Source of the DNA: Armatimonadota bacterium
GTDB taxonomy: Bacteria > Armatimonadota > UBA5829 > DSUL01
Assembly (NCBI GenBank): GCA_039811685.1
Contig: JBDHZC010000002.1
Span: 64,001 to 128,000, forward strand
Direction: 5' to 3'
Length of the DNA: 64,000 nt
Each line of letters opens with the position of its first letter. Position 1 is the first letter of the stretch. The notes below the pieces were generated by a model. It saw nothing but the letters and a program-made list of their open reading frames with translations, had not been told where the DNA came from and made no database searches. Shown one piece after another: positions 28,770 to 40,300 of this stretch. A program made the position numbers and the translations under genes.

Positions 28770-29164
28770 ACAGTCCAGCTTTGATTTCCTGACAAGCAGC
28801 CGGCCGCCATCTCAACCCGACTGCGACAGCGGCCAACGGAGTTTTCGCAGGCGGTTTGGAGCGGCGTGAGCGATGCCGTAAGGGCTGTGAAGAGACGTCG
28901 GAGGCTCTCCTGGAGACAGAAGCTGAAGTGACAGCTATGCCTTCAGCGGTGCACCGTAAAGGTACACGCTAGCAGTTTATCCAAAAGCGCCCCGCATACA
29001 CCAGCGGCCTGTTATACGCGCCCCTCGGACGCAAGGGCCAAACGAGAGCTAGCCGGGTGGGCTGCTGGAAGAGTGATCTGAAGCAGAGTTTGTGCGTAGC
29101 CCAAAAGGCTCAAACGGATTCCTACTGGTGAAGCCTGGGAATGCGCCCGGCGCTGATCGCGCCC

Positions 29165-30049
29165 TCAGTCTTTCGGAGAAGCCAGTGCTTTCACTTTGTT
29201 CAGAATGTCAGGCAGGTCGAAGTTCAGAATCCATTTGTTGCTTTCTGAGGTGAACATTTTTGGCAGGGTGTCTTTGACGAAGATGTAGTTCAGCACTTCT
29301 TCATCCACCTTGCCATTGTGCAAAGCGTCCAGCACCAGCGTGATGGCTTTGGACTGTCCCTCTGCCAGATCAATCTGCGCCTGCATCTGCCCTTCAGCCT
29401 CCAGGATGGCTGACTGTTTGCGCCCCTCAGCAACGTTGATAGCCGCAGCCTTCTGTCCCTCAGCTTCGATGACGACCGCGCGGCGAATCTGCTCGGCGGT
29501 CTTCTCCTTGTGCATTGCTTCCTGAATGTCTTTTGGCGGGTCAATGCGCTTGACTTCGACTTTCGTCACGCGCGTGCCCCATTTGTCCGTATACCGGTCC
29601 ATGTCGTCACGCAGCCGCGTGTTGATGATTTCGCGAGAAGCCAGAGCCTCGTCCACGGTAAAGGTGCCGATGACGTTTCTGAGACCCGGCTCCGCCAGAT
29701 TGACGACCGCACCATCCAGATTGTTGACTTCATAAAACGCCTTCGATGCCTCAACCACCTGGTAGAAGACGATGCAATCGACCTCAAGCACAACGTTGTC
29801 CCGGGTGATGACGCGCGCTTCGGGTATCTCCACAAAGAACTCGCGCAGATCCATCGTCACAACAACATCGATGAAAGGTATGATCTTCGGGATGAAGTAG
29901 AAGCCGGGCTCCAGCGTCTCCATAAAGCGACCGAAACGCTCGTGCAGCCCTCGTTGAAACGGGCGAATCCACGTCATAGACCGCCGAATTGTGCTGAGCA
30001 GGAAAATTCCAACGACAAGAGCGACAAATATCGCAATCAGGCCTTCCAT
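29165..30049 (-). CDS. SPFH/band 7 domain protein (QmcA-like)
   Basis: ERFGRF..TLEPG, ITRDNV, AEG repeats. Confidence 0.93.
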   Translation of the reverse strand: MEGLIAIFVALVVGIFLLSTIRRSMTWIRPFQRGLHERFGRFMETLEPGFYFIPKIIPFIDVVVTMDLREFFVEIPEARVITRDNVVLEVDCIVFYQVVEASKAFYEVNNLDGAVVNLAEPGLRNVIGTFTVDEALASREIINTRLRDDMDRYTDKWGTRVTKVEVKRIDPPKDIQEAMHKEKTAEQIRRAVVIEAEGQKAAAINVAEGRKQSAILEAEGQMQAQIDLAEGQSKAITLVLDALHNGKVDEEVLNYIFVKDTLPKMFTSESNKWILNFDLPDILNKVKALASPKD

Positions 30050-30498
30050 TAGTCTGCCTTTCTGCGGACAATCGCCCGCACGCCTTCGATCCGGATGACG
30101 ACGACAGGTGTTCCAGGCTCAAGCGTTTCTTCCGACTGCGCCGTCCAGACATCCCCACCAACGCTGACTTTTCCGTCCATCGAGTGAGCGTCCACAGTCT
30201 CTAAAACCACTCCCTCCTGATCTGCAAGCGTGGACGCCGCCATGACATCCCGCCCCTGAATCCGCCGCCGCCAGACGCGATAGACAAGCATGAAAAACAC
30301 AGCGCTCACAGCCCCCATTGCGGCGAAGGCAATGGCGAAGGCTACCCAGTAGTGGGAAGGAAAGAGGAGGCCAGCGATCGCCCCCGCAATCGTACCGGCT
30401 CCAATAACGCCGAGGAGCCCCCCAGGCACGTGCGCCTCTGCGAGGAGCAACACGACTCCCACAATAAAGAACAGAACGCTGATCAGTCCATAAGTCAT
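30049..30498 (-). CDS. NfeD-family membrane protein
   Basis: TM helices plus GKVSVGGDVWTA...GTPVVVIRIEG; coupled to the SPFH gene. Confidence 0.9.
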   Translation of the reverse strand: MTYGLISVLFFIVGVVLLLAEAHVPGGLLGVIGAGTIAGAIAGLLFPSHYWVAFAIAFAAMGAVSAVFFMLVYRVWRRRIQGRDVMAASTLADQEGVVLETVDAHSMDGKVSVGGDVWTAQSEETLEPGTPVVVIRIEGVRAIVRRKAD

Positions 30499-30614
30499 GC
30501 CGTGACCCTAACTGAGGACAACTGCAGGCCATGACGTAAATGACGAGAATGCGTCTCTTCCGCCTGCGTCCACGCGCCCCTATAATAGCGCATTAGCCCA
30601 ATGGAGATAAAGAA

Positions 30615-31436
30615 ATGAAACAAATAACACAAAAAACAGCTGCCCGGTCACCAGAAACAACGCGGCGAGGCTTCTTGCGCACAGCGCTTGCAGCGGCGTT
30701 TGGAGGAGTTTCCGGGGCGGCCGCATGGGCCAGAGAAGCGGTAGAAGGCCGCTCGCTCAAGACAGACGGTGAGGTACTGAAACAGCGCGTATCCCTTGGC
30801 GTCCCGCCGGTGGAGCCACTGGACACGATGATTCACTTCCAGCGCTCGGACGACAACAACGGACGGGCGATGACGCACGAGATTCTCTCACTCAGTCACG
30901 AAGAGAAAGGGAAGAACTCTTACCCATGGACTGTCTATGCGCATCTCGACACGCATCACGAGCAGGGGGACGCATGCGTTCTGTGCTCCCGGCTGCACAA
31001 GTACGGTCCGGGCTGGTCCGCAGGGCTGCACTCGGAAGTCTTTGCGCACAACAGAGCGGTGGCCCTTGGCGTGAACGTGGAGATGTTCAACGACTACACA
31101 GGCTCTGAGGCCACACGAAATATAGGCGTCAATGTCCAGTCCATTTCATGCTCGCCCAAGCCCTGCGATTTCGGGATGCAGATTCACGGCGACGGGGGCT
31201 TCACGCGAGCGATCAACATTGACAGCAAGGGCGACGTAGCTATTGACGTCAATGGCTCCTACAAGACCGGGATTGACCTCCACGGCAAGGAAATCCGGCT
31301 TGGTGACGGAGGCTCCATTCTATTGGATGAAAAGGACCAGGTGCGCCTGCGCTACCATAACGGCGCGATCGAGATATGGAAGGGCGACAGAAGGGCCGCA
31401 TTTCTGACGCTTTCGGATAATGATAGAAGGCTGTGA
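30615..31436 (+). CDS. Tat-exported hypothetical protein
   Basis: GGAG RBS, TRRGFL twin-arginine signal ending AWA. Confidence 0.75.
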   Translation: MKQITQKTAARSPETTRRGFLRTALAAAFGGVSGAAAWAREAVEGRSLKTDGEVLKQRVSLGVPPVEPLDTMIHFQRSDDNNGRAMTHEILSLSHEEKGKNSYPWTVYAHLDTHHEQGDACVLCSRLHKYGPGWSAGLHSEVFAHNRAVALGVNVEMFNDYTGSEATRNIGVNVQSISCSPKPCDFGMQIHGDGGFTRAINIDSKGDVAIDVNGSYKTGIDLHGKEIRLGDGGSILLDEKDQVRLRYHNGAIEIWKGDRRAAFLTLSDNDRRL

Positions 31437-31521
31437 GGCACACAGCGACATTTTTCCAGCGAAGCAGACGGCGTTTTTTGCAGAAAACGTGAAGAAATCG
31501 CATTATTCGTGCAGTCAAGGC

Positions 31522-31550
31522 TTGTGTTTACGCGCCGTTACTCCTACAAT
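31522..31550 (+). promoter_or_regulatory. Sigma70-type promoter
   Basis: TTGTGT-N17-TACAAT. Confidence 0.5.
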
Positions 31551-31723
31551 GGAAGCGAGGATTGGGCGCTGCTATCGGCAGACCTTTCCTCTGTCTGAGT
31601 TACTCTACTGACAGGAGCGCAAGACTCCTGATTTTCGTGCGACCGGCTTCGGCGTCCGGGTGTGTGCACGGATGCCGGTTTGACAGTGTTACATCATCGC
31701 TTAGGTCACCGGAGAAGATAACA

Positions 31724-32197
31724 ATGGACGACAACAGTCCTCTGCGCGCTGTAATTGACTCGGCCAGGGCGGCCATCAGGTCTAAAGACTATCAGCAGGC
31801 CTATCAACTGCTGCAGGAACACCAGGCGGACGGATGGGACGAAGGCCTTTTCCTTGAAATGTTCGGCATCGCCTGTTGCATGGCAGGCAAGTCTCGCGAG
31901 GGACTGCCGGCATTAGAACGGGCGCTGGATCTGGCGCCGTCTCCCGTAGCCCACTTCAACCTCGGGCAGGCGCATCAGCTTGCCGGAGACTACGATCAGG
32001 CGAAAGAGTGTTTCAAGCACGCCATCGGGCTGGATCCCACTTACGGACAGGCCATTCATGCCCTGGAGCGTCTGCGGGACTTCGAACGGGAAAAAGAGGC
32101 GCTGGAAGCTGCCGCCGCTGAGCAGCAGATGCAGGGACTCCACGGCGGACCGCCGATTGGAGGCCCACCCACCCGCAGCCCGCAGCCCGGCGCATAA
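31724..32197 (+). CDS. TPR-repeat protein
   Basis: AHFNLGQAH..AGDYDQA..CFKHAI.LDP TPR consensus; ATG 31724 after GGAG. Confidence 0.85.
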   Translation: MDDNSPLRAVIDSARAAIRSKDYQQAYQLLQEHQADGWDEGLFLEMFGIACCMAGKSREGLPALERALDLAPSPVAHFNLGQAHQLAGDYDQAKECFKHAIGLDPTYGQAIHALERLRDFEREKEALEAAAAEQQMQGLHGGPPIGGPPTRSPQPGA

Positions 32198-32434
32198 CAG
32201 CAAAGGCGCACCCTACGGGCCGGAAACGGAGAGGCCGTCACGCCGAGCCTTATTGAGCTACTCATAGAGGTGACAGAGTGCTAACGGCTTCTAATGAGTG
32301 CCTCCCGCCTGAGCTGTCGACACAGCACGGGACGGGCTGAGCATGCGCGTCTAAGGCTTCTGCACTTGCTTCATCGGCTAATCAGCGCTTACAATTGGTG
32401 AATCGACCAATCTCAACAGAGAAGGAACGCGCTG

Positions 32435-33877
32435 ATGACGATTCGCTCCCGCCGCACTCTGGCGATACTGCTGACACTGCTCGCCTGCCCAACGTGGGCG
32501 CCTGCCGACATCCCCTCCGTTCAGACCGCAGTAGACAAGATTCTGTCCCGACCGGTTTTTAGCAATGGCATCCACGCGTGTGTTATCAAGACTTTGGACA
32601 CCAGCGCCGTGGTCTACAGCAAGAACCCGAATACACTGCTCAACACAGCCTCTAACATGAAGCTTGTGACATCCGCGGCCGCACTGGATCAGCTTGGACC
32701 AGGCTTTCGTTACCGCACCCGTCTTCTCGCTGCAGTGCCGATCGGGCCCGACGGCGTCCTCAGAGGGAACCTCTACATCGCCGGTTCCGGAGACCCAACC
32801 TTTGATACACCGGCTCTACAGGACCTTGCGCGTCAGGCAGCGCAGCGAGGACTCAAAGCTGTGGAAGGCGCAGTCATCGCCGACACTGGCAACTTTAACA
32901 CAACTCCGTACGGAGGAGGTTGGAGCTGGGACTATCTGGAGGCTTATTACGCAGCTCCGGTCGGTGGACTCAACCTGAACAAGAACGTCGTCGCGCTCAG
33001 CGCGCGGCCCGGCTCTTCAGTTGGCGCACCCGCCACAGTCGTCATCGAGCCTGCTTCTAACTACATGCGCGCAATAAGCGCCGTGACAACCGCCAAGGCT
33101 GGCACACCGCTGTCACTAAACATCGACCGCGAACTGACCGGGCGGGTAGTGCGGGTAAGTGGCGCTGTGGCCATTGACGAAAAAGTTGACAAACCGCAGG
33201 AAGCAGTTGCGGTGTACGATCCGGCCCGCTACACATCAGAGGTGCTTCGGGCGCTGCTGATGGCTGATGGGATCAAAGTCAGCGGAGGAGTGGGCGCCGA
33301 GAGAGCGCCGGAAAACGCGATCCTACTCGGCCAGCATCTCTCAGACCCAATGAGTGATATTCTGATGTCGCTTAACAAATGGAGTGACAATCTGATTGCG
33401 GAGGCGCTGCTGAGGACGTTGGGTTCCGTGATAAAGAACGATGGCAGCATTCAGAGCGGCCGGGCTGTTGTGGCAGAGGTGCTGAAGCAGGCAGGCGCCG
33501 ACACGAATGCGCTCAGTATGGCGGACGGCTCCGGACTCTCCCGGATGGATCTGATGACCGCGGAAAACTTCACGCGGCTCCTGAGCTATATGTACCGGCA
33601 CAACTACTTCAAGTACTACGATCAGTCACTGCCAGTCGCTGGAGTGGACGGAACATTGCGCAACCGCATGAAGAAGACTCCCGCCGAGAACAACGTCCAC
33701 GCCAAGACAGGCTATATCGGCTATGTTTCCAGTCTGTCTGGATACGTGACGACTGCCGCCGGACAGCCACTGGTTTTCTCGATCCTGTTCAACAACCAGC
33801 TTGGAGGAACAGCGCCCTGCCGGCAGGCGCAAGACGAGATAGCCGCGTATCTGGCGGGCCTGACTGAGAGGCTATAG
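32435..33877 (+). CDS. dacB: D-alanyl-D-alanine carboxypeptidase/endopeptidase (PBP4, S13)
   Basis: ASNMK (SxxK), SDN, KTG, DGSGLSR; signal peptide. Confidence 0.95.
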   Translation: MTIRSRRTLAILLTLLACPTWAPADIPSVQTAVDKILSRPVFSNGIHACVIKTLDTSAVVYSKNPNTLLNTASNMKLVTSAAALDQLGPGFRYRTRLLAAVPIGPDGVLRGNLYIAGSGDPTFDTPALQDLARQAAQRGLKAVEGAVIADTGNFNTTPYGGGWSWDYLEAYYAAPVGGLNLNKNVVALSARPGSSVGAPATVVIEPASNYMRAISAVTTAKAGTPLSLNIDRELTGRVVRVSGAVAIDEKVDKPQEAVAVYDPARYTSEVLRALLMADGIKVSGGVGAERAPENAILLGQHLSDPMSDILMSLNKWSDNLIAEALLRTLGSVIKNDGSIQSGRAVVAEVLKQAGADTNALSMADGSGLSRMDLMTAENFTRLLSYMYRHNYFKYYDQSLPVAGVDGTLRNRMKKTPAENNVHAKTGYIGYVSSLSGYVTTAAGQPLVFSILFNNQLGGTAPCRQAQDEIAAYLAGLTERL

Positions 33878-33917
33878 CCTGCGTCCTGCGCCTCTGTGAA
33901 GCCGTGTAAGGACACTA

Positions 33918-35471
33918 TCAGAGGATGTATCGCGCCAGGTCTTCGTCTTTGGCCAGATCGGCCAGTCGCTGTTTCACATAACTCTCGTCGATCGTCACTG
34001 TCTGGCCGGCCAGATTCGGCGCATCAAAGCTGATATCTTCCAGCAGGCGCTCCATAATGGTGTGCAGCCGCCTTGCGCCAATATTCTCCGTCCGTGAGTT
34101 TACGTCTGCCGCAATCTCAGCAATAGCAGCGATCGCTTCTTCTTTGAACTCCACAGTCACGGCTTCTGTTTCCAGCAGAGCTGTGTACTGCTTGACGAGC
34201 GCGTTCTTTGGTTCTGTGAGTATGCGCTTGAAGTCCTCGGTGGACAGGCTTTCAAGCTCAACGCGAATAGGCAGGCGGCCCTGCAACTCCGGAATGAGGT
34301 CACTCGGCTTCGAAACGTGAAAAGCGCCCGCAGCGATGAAAAGGATGTGGTGCGTACGCACGGGACCCTGCTTGGTCATTACGGTGGAGCCTTCGATGAT
34401 GGGGAGAATGTCGCGCTGGACGCCTTCGCGGCTCACAGAAGGGCCGCTTCCTTCACCGCGCTCACGTCCGGCGATCTTGTCCACCTCATCCACAAAGATG
34501 ATTCCCGCCTGCTCAGCTCGCTCAATGGCGTCCCGTACGATTTTGTCGTGGTCCACCATCTCGCGCGCTACCTGATCCGCCAGGACTTCCCGCGCCTCAG
34601 CAACTGTGACCCGGCGTGTCCGCTTGCGCCGCGGCATCATTCCGCCCAGCATCCCGGACAAATCCATCCCCATCTCCTCCATCCCCTGCGGTGAAAAGAC
34701 CTGAAGAAACGGGCTGGAGTTGTCCTCTACCTCAATCTCAACCGTTCTCTCTTCCAGTTCTCCGGCCAGAAGTTGCGCACGAAGCTTGGCGCGCACTCGC
34801 TCGGCCATCTGCGCTTTCTTTCGGTCGTAGTCGCTGAGCTCTTCCTCGCTCTCCTCAGACTCAAAGTCAAAGCCTTCCGCCGGCTGTTCCTCTTCCGAGC
34901 GCCCCTGCTGGCGTGAAAAGTATCCTCCCAACGCCGCTGCTATCTTGTCCACGGGGCGCGTGGAGTCTGCGCCAGGCTGAAGGAGATCGAGCACCCGTTC
35001 AACGGCCGCCTCCCTGGCCTTCTCCCGGACTTTTGCCACCTCTTCGTCTTCCACCAGGCGATGAGCGACCTGAACCAGATCGCGCACCATCGAGTCCACA
35101 TCGCGCCCCACATAGCCGACCTCTGTGAACTTGGTGGCCTCCACTTTGATAAAGGGCGCATGGGCAAGATTCGCCAGACGCCGAGCGATCTCCGTCTTTC
35201 CGACGCCTGTCGGCCCGATCATAAGGATGTTTTTCGGGATGACCTCATCTCGAATGTCTTCAGCGAGCTTCTGCCGTCTGCGCCGGTTCCGCAGAGCGAT
35301 GGCGACGGCGCGTTTGGCCTTCTCCTGACCAATGATGAACTTGTCCAGTTCCTGGACAATCTCTGAGGGTGTCAGATCGAGAATAGCCCCATGCTCTTCG
35401 GCTTGTGAAAGCGCCGTTGCGTCGCCCTCTGGTCCTACTTGAAAAATCGTACTCATAGTGTGTTCCGCCAA
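33918..35471 (-). CDS. hslU: ATP-dependent protease ATPase subunit
   Basis: [31 protein letters not shown]; start may be ATG 35456. Confidence 0.97.
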   Translation of the reverse strand: MAEHTMSTIFQVGPEGDATALSQAEEHGAILDLTPSEIVQELDKFIIGQEKAKRAVAIALRNRRRRQKLAEDIRDEVIPKNILMIGPTGVGKTEIARRLANLAHAPFIKVEATKFTEVGYVGRDVDSMVRDLVQVAHRLVEDEEVAKVREKAREAAVERVLDLLQPGADSTRPVDKIAAALGGYFSRQQGRSEEEQPAEGFDFESEESEEELSDYDRKKAQMAERVRAKLRAQLLAGELEERTVEIEVEDNSSPFLQVFSPQGMEEMGMDLSGMLGGMMPRRKRTRRVTVAEAREVLADQVAREMVDHDKIVRDAIERAEQAGIIFVDEVDKIAGRERGEGSGPSVSREGVQRDILPIIEGSTVMTKQGPVRTHHILFIAAGAFHVSKPSDLIPELQGRLPIRVELESLSTEDFKRILTEPKNALVKQYTALLETEAVTVEFKEEAIAAIAEIAADVNSRTENIGARRLHTIMERLLEDISFDAPNLAGQTVTIDESYVKQRLADLAKDEDLARYIL

Positions 35472-35526
35472 CGCCTATCCACCCGCGTGATCGCCGGGAA
35501 TCCGGCCGATCTTCCCGGGCGCAATG

Positions 35527-36066
35527 TCAGCTCGTCTTAATCTCTTCTATAGTGATGTTGCCGTTGGTGTAGATGCAGATATCCGCGGCGATACCCAGCG
35601 CCTTTTCCACTATCTCCCGGGCGGTCAGGCTGGTGTTCTCCGCCAGGGCTCTGGCCGCCGCCCTTGCGTATCCTGCGCCAGATCCGATAGCGGCAATGTT
35701 GTCGTCCGGCTCTATGATGTCACCGGAACCTGAGATGACCAGAAGCCACTCTTTGTCCGCGACGATGATCAGCGCCTCAAGCCTGCGCAGCATTCTATCG
35801 GTGCGCCAGTCTTTCGCAAATTCGACGACAGCCCGCCGCAAATTTCCGTGCGACTCCTCCAGCTTGGTCTCAAACCTGTCCGAAAGCGCTTGAGCGTCCG
35901 CCGAAGAGCCAGCGAAACCCACGATGACTTGATCGTGATAGAGCCGGCGCACCTTGCGAGCCTTGCTCTTGAAAACCGTCGTATCCAGTGTCACCTGCCC
36001 GTCGCCGCCAACGGCGACAGCGCCGTCTTTGTGAACCGCCAGGATAGTGGTCGAACGAAATGCCAT
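35527..36066 (-). CDS. hslV: ATP-dependent protease peptidase subunit
   Basis: TTILAV, GDGQVT, AIGSG, DICIYTN. Confidence 0.97.
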   Translation of the reverse strand: MAFRSTTILAVHKDGAVAVGGDGQVTLDTTVFKSKARKVRRLYHDQVIVGFAGSSADAQALSDRFETKLEESHGNLRRAVVEFAKDWRTDRMLRRLEALIIVADKEWLLVISGSGDIIEPDDNIAAIGSGAGYARAAARALAENTSLTAREIVEKALGIAADICIYTNGNITIEEIKTS

Positions 36067-36984
36067 TCAGTCTCCTGTATCGGGAAGCTTACCCGATGCG
36101 CGCGCTCGCGGATGTGCCTTGCGATAGACTTCCTTCATGCGGTCGCGCGAAACATGTGTGTACACCTGTGTTGTCGCCAGATCACTGTGCCCCAGAAGCT
36201 CCTGGATTGTGCGAAGATCCGCTCCATTCTCCAGCAGATGCGTCGCAAATGAGTGGCGCAGTGTGTGGGGGCCAGCGTGAGGAAGGTTGGTGTAGCCCAG
36301 CGCGGCCTCTTCCACTACCTTTCGCGCGACGCGTTCATTGATACGCTTCCCACGCGCGCCCACAAAAAGAGCTGTCTCCGAGCTATCGGAACACAAAGCC
36401 GGGCGGGCAATACTTAGATAACGATCCAGTGCCTGACGAGACTGTGACCCGATGAGCACAATGCGTTCTTTGCCGCCCTTACCAAGCACGCGCAACTCCT
36501 GCCCGCGCTGTACATCCTTCACATTCAGCGACACCAGCTCTCCAATGCGAAGGCCGGTTGCGTACAGGAGCTCAAGCATCGCCGCATCCCGAATTTGTTG
36601 CGGATCTGTCAGTGGCCGCTCATCCAGCATCTTCGATACCTCTGTCTGACTGAGCAGCTTCGGCAGCCTGGAGTAGCGCCCTGCGCTCAAGCCGTCCAGC
36701 GGTGGAAGGTCCGCAATATGCCCTGCCGCGTGCGCCCACTTCAGAAACGTGCGCAAAGAGGCGAGATGGCGCTCTATAGTGCGAGGAGATTTGCCAGCCA
36801 GGCGCGCAGCAGCCAGCCATTTGCGAACAGCTTTGCGGTCGATCTGGACAACGTCCGGAGCGCGCTGAGACCGGGCAACTGCTGAAAAGATACGCAGCAG
36901 GTCGGAGAGATAGTTTCGCTGCGTATGGCCGGAGCGTCCAAGCGCATGAAGATGTAGAGCAAATGCTCTCAACAACTCACGCAC
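36067..36984 (-). CDS. xerC: Tyrosine recombinase XerC/XerD family
   Basis: TGLR, GKGGKER, HTLRHSFATH, LLGH, TQVY catalytic residues; xerC-hslVU synteny; start uncertain (frame open to 37119). Confidence 0.85.
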   Translation of the reverse strand: MRELLRAFALHLHALGRSGHTQRNYLSDLLRIFSAVARSQRAPDVVQIDRKAVRKWLAAARLAGKSPRTIERHLASLRTFLKWAHAAGHIADLPPLDGLSAGRYSRLPKLLSQTEVSKMLDERPLTDPQQIRDAAMLELLYATGLRIGELVSLNVKDVQRGQELRVLGKGGKERIVLIGSQSRQALDRYLSIARPALCSDSSETALFVGARGKRINERVARKVVEEAALGYTNLPHAGPHTLRHSFATHLLENGADLRTIQELLGHSDLATTQVYTHVSRDRMKEVYRKAHPRARASGKLPDTGD

Positions 36985-37365
36985 GTCAATGAGACTGTTT
37001 TCCGACGCGCTCTGTCCAGTCTGTCCCGTTTTCTCAGAAGCTGCTCCAGACACAGGAGGTATTCTAGCACAGGGGCGACCGCCAGAAGCATAAGCGCGGC
37101 AAAGCAATCCGATTGCCACCTTAATATTTTCTAATTTTCTTCTATTGTTCAGCGCCGTGCGGGTGTATAATGAAAATTACCGTGGCAACTACAAACGGGT
37201 TAGACGCGCTTGCGATCAAGTTCAGACCTTCAGAGAGCGCCGAGAAAGAGATAACCGTCCGTGTAGCGGACTGTTTTTGCTAAGGCCCGTTTGTGCTTTT
37301 CGCTGAGTCCTTCACTACGCTCGACTGTGAGTGGAGGGACTCAGGTGCAGGAGGGGAAGCGCACC

Positions 37366-40300
37366 ATGAAAGAGCTGCAAACACTGGTAAAGTTGGCGGG
37401 CGTGGCAACCGCCATTATGCTCCTTGCGTCAATGAAGCCCGCAGGTGCTGTAGGACCACCTATTCGCAGCACCCTCTACAACGGCTCCACAAACGCCTAC
37501 TCGGCATTTCCCAACAAAATGACTCAGGACCTCGGGACCAATATGACCATAGAGGCCTGGGTGTACCGAATGGATGGCGACCGCTGCGAGACTATTGTGG
37601 GGCACGACAGCACCTCCTCGTGGTGGTTTGGCTTCTGCCCACGTCTCAGCTTCGCACGCAAAGGCGTTTCTCGGATGACCGCTACCCAAGTCACCGTCCC
37701 GGCGTATCAGTGGACTCACGTTGCCGTCACCTACAACGGCACAAACTGCACGTTCTACGTCAATGGCAACAGTGCCGGCACGTTTCCACTGGCAAGCAGC
37801 GGTACGGATCCGAGCCGGGAGCTAGTGATCGGCGCGGATTCCCGGTCTACTCCGCACGTCTACACCAACCCGTTTTCTGGCAATATTGACGAGGTGCGTA
37901 TCTGGTCAGGTGTCCGCACACAAAGCCAGATTTCGAGCAATCGTTTTAAGGAACTACGTACAGGCACGAACCTGCTCGCAACCTTCAGCACTGGTGGGAA
38001 CACAGAGGACATCACAGGGTACGTGGGGTCCCACGGACTTGGTGCTACAGGCGATGTGTTTGGCATTCTGCCGCGCGACTTGATCGTGCCGAAAGCCTCC
38101 ATCAGACCTACCGTTGACGGTCATTTGAATGTGGATTCGGAGTACCTGGGCGCAGAACAGCTTGTGCTGCCATATAACGCCGGGCCCGATGAGCCGGATA
38201 GCATAGCCTACCTGGTGTACGATGAGACACCACCTGCAAGCCTGTTCGTAGCCATTTCCGCTCCGAGACACAACACCGGAGGATGGCCGTACTCCAATAC
38301 CACTATGGGCGTCATGGTGGACCCTACGTACAGCAGAACCTCGCTGCCGGACAGCACGGACTTTTACCTAAAAACCAGCCTGGGAGACTATGATCCGACA
38401 GGCTCCTGGTTGAATGGAGACGGCGCAGGCGGTTGGGTTCAGTGCATGCTGAATAGCCAGCCGTGTACACCCCCCAGCGAGTACGCCGTTGGAAAAAGCT
38501 TGTGCGGCTTTGAGATGGGAGGCTTGCCCTGTACGGAGTTTCGAATTCCGGTGTCGAAACTGGGGTCGTGGGACGAGTTTGATGGCCTGGCCGTAGCTCA
38601 TGCCAACTGGAACTCAAGTGGCACTGTCAGCATGGCGCCGGGAGATGCAAGCCCATCTAATCCTTCGACGTGGGCGAAAGTCTCTTACGGCGAAGGGTCT
38701 GCAACGCTACCGAAGGCTATAGTTGGGGGAAAAGTCAACGCGGGACTCACGTCAGGCTCACCCGGATTGGCAGGCTGGCGCGTGACCCTGTCAGCGGGCG
38801 GCACGGCCTACCAAACCCTTACAAACTCTTCAGGTATTTTTTCCTTCAACGAGCCAATCGCTGCAAACCAGACAGTGCAGTTACAGGTGGACAATTGCGG
38901 GTTCTGCATCTATGCCGCGCCAACCTTCTATGGAACTGGCATGTCCGGAACCGTTGTGAACGATCTGGTTGTGCAGTACCCTGGGTGTCCGAGTGGGACG
39001 TGCACCTACCAAAATGTGCAATTCTACATTCAGCAGGTAGTCGGCCCGGTTTCGGTGACAGGCGTAAGTGAGACATACCCAACTCCACGCGTGGTCGTGC
39101 GCGATAATCCGACGGTCGTCTCCGCCAACGCCGCTTCTGTCGTGACCATAAACGGCAGCAACTTCCACGATCAGGTCAAAGTGTACCTTTCTCCTGTAGC
39201 TCCCGGACTGGTCTGCCCGTGCCCGGACGACTGGGAGCTGTATGAAGCCACTATAGTAGATCGCGCCGGTGACGGTTCCTGGATAAAAGTGGAAACTCCA
39301 ACGCTACCCGGACGAGGTAGACTCCGGAAAAACGGGCCGCTGGGAAATCCATTTGGTGCGGGGTACCGCTGGGTTATTTACGATCCCTGGACGCGGCCGA
39401 ACGTAGTGACCTACAACCTCTGGCCGAATCCTCAGGCTAACCCAAACAACTTCCATTTGACCGAGCCGGAGTACCCGTATCTGTGGGGCTTTGGCTTTGA
39501 AAATCGCTACGATGACCCCGGATGGCGGGAGTTCAGCGCGGTTTACGGGACAAACGCCTATTACTGTCTCGGGGCATTCGGACATTGCATAAGCTATGTC
39601 ATGGACCCGATGTACGAAGCATTCTTCCCGATTTATATGCTTGTCGGGCATGCGATGACAGGGTCCTGTGGCGGAATGGCCAGCACCAGCCTGATGTTCA
39701 AGCAGGGAATACTCAACACGCAACAGTTTGATCCCAATGTTTATTTCCCCTCAGGGTTTATCGAGAGCTCGGTTAACTTCGATCCAACGTGGTCCAAGAG
39801 CCACCTTGGCGTTCTATACGGACCAGCCAGTCCAACCAACCTGTGGGCACGCATTCGTGTAGGACAGATGACGCAGGTGAGCAATGAAACGCTGCTTCAA
39901 CTGGCGAGTCAGGCCTGCCTTGAGGGGGACTGGAATCCTTTCTGCGGCAGTCCGGCATCCCGGCTGTCCGAGCTCTCACCCAACCCAATCGGCGACATCG
40001 CTGTCATACTTGGGTCGTTTAGCCTCGCTCACTGCGTAACTCCGTACGCTGTTTCCGGAGGCGAGATCAAAGTGTACGACAACAACTACCCGAACGATCC
40101 CGCCAGTATGACTGTGACAGGCAATACAGTCAACTTTCCAAACCTTGGCTATAGCGGTTCTGGCCTGTTTACGTTTCCGTTGAGCATCTGGCTTAACGGA
40201 CGGACAGCGCCGCTATTCGGCAGTTCTGATTTCCTGCTATCAATTGTTGCCGGAGGCGCTGACCAGATGGTGACGACGCAGGATGGCAAGCGATGGGGAT

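Noticed and set aside
36067..37119. Tyrosine recombinase as a phage or island integrase
   Set aside because: Sits in the housekeeping xerC-hslV-hslU arrangement; no att repeats, tRNA or mobile genes seen
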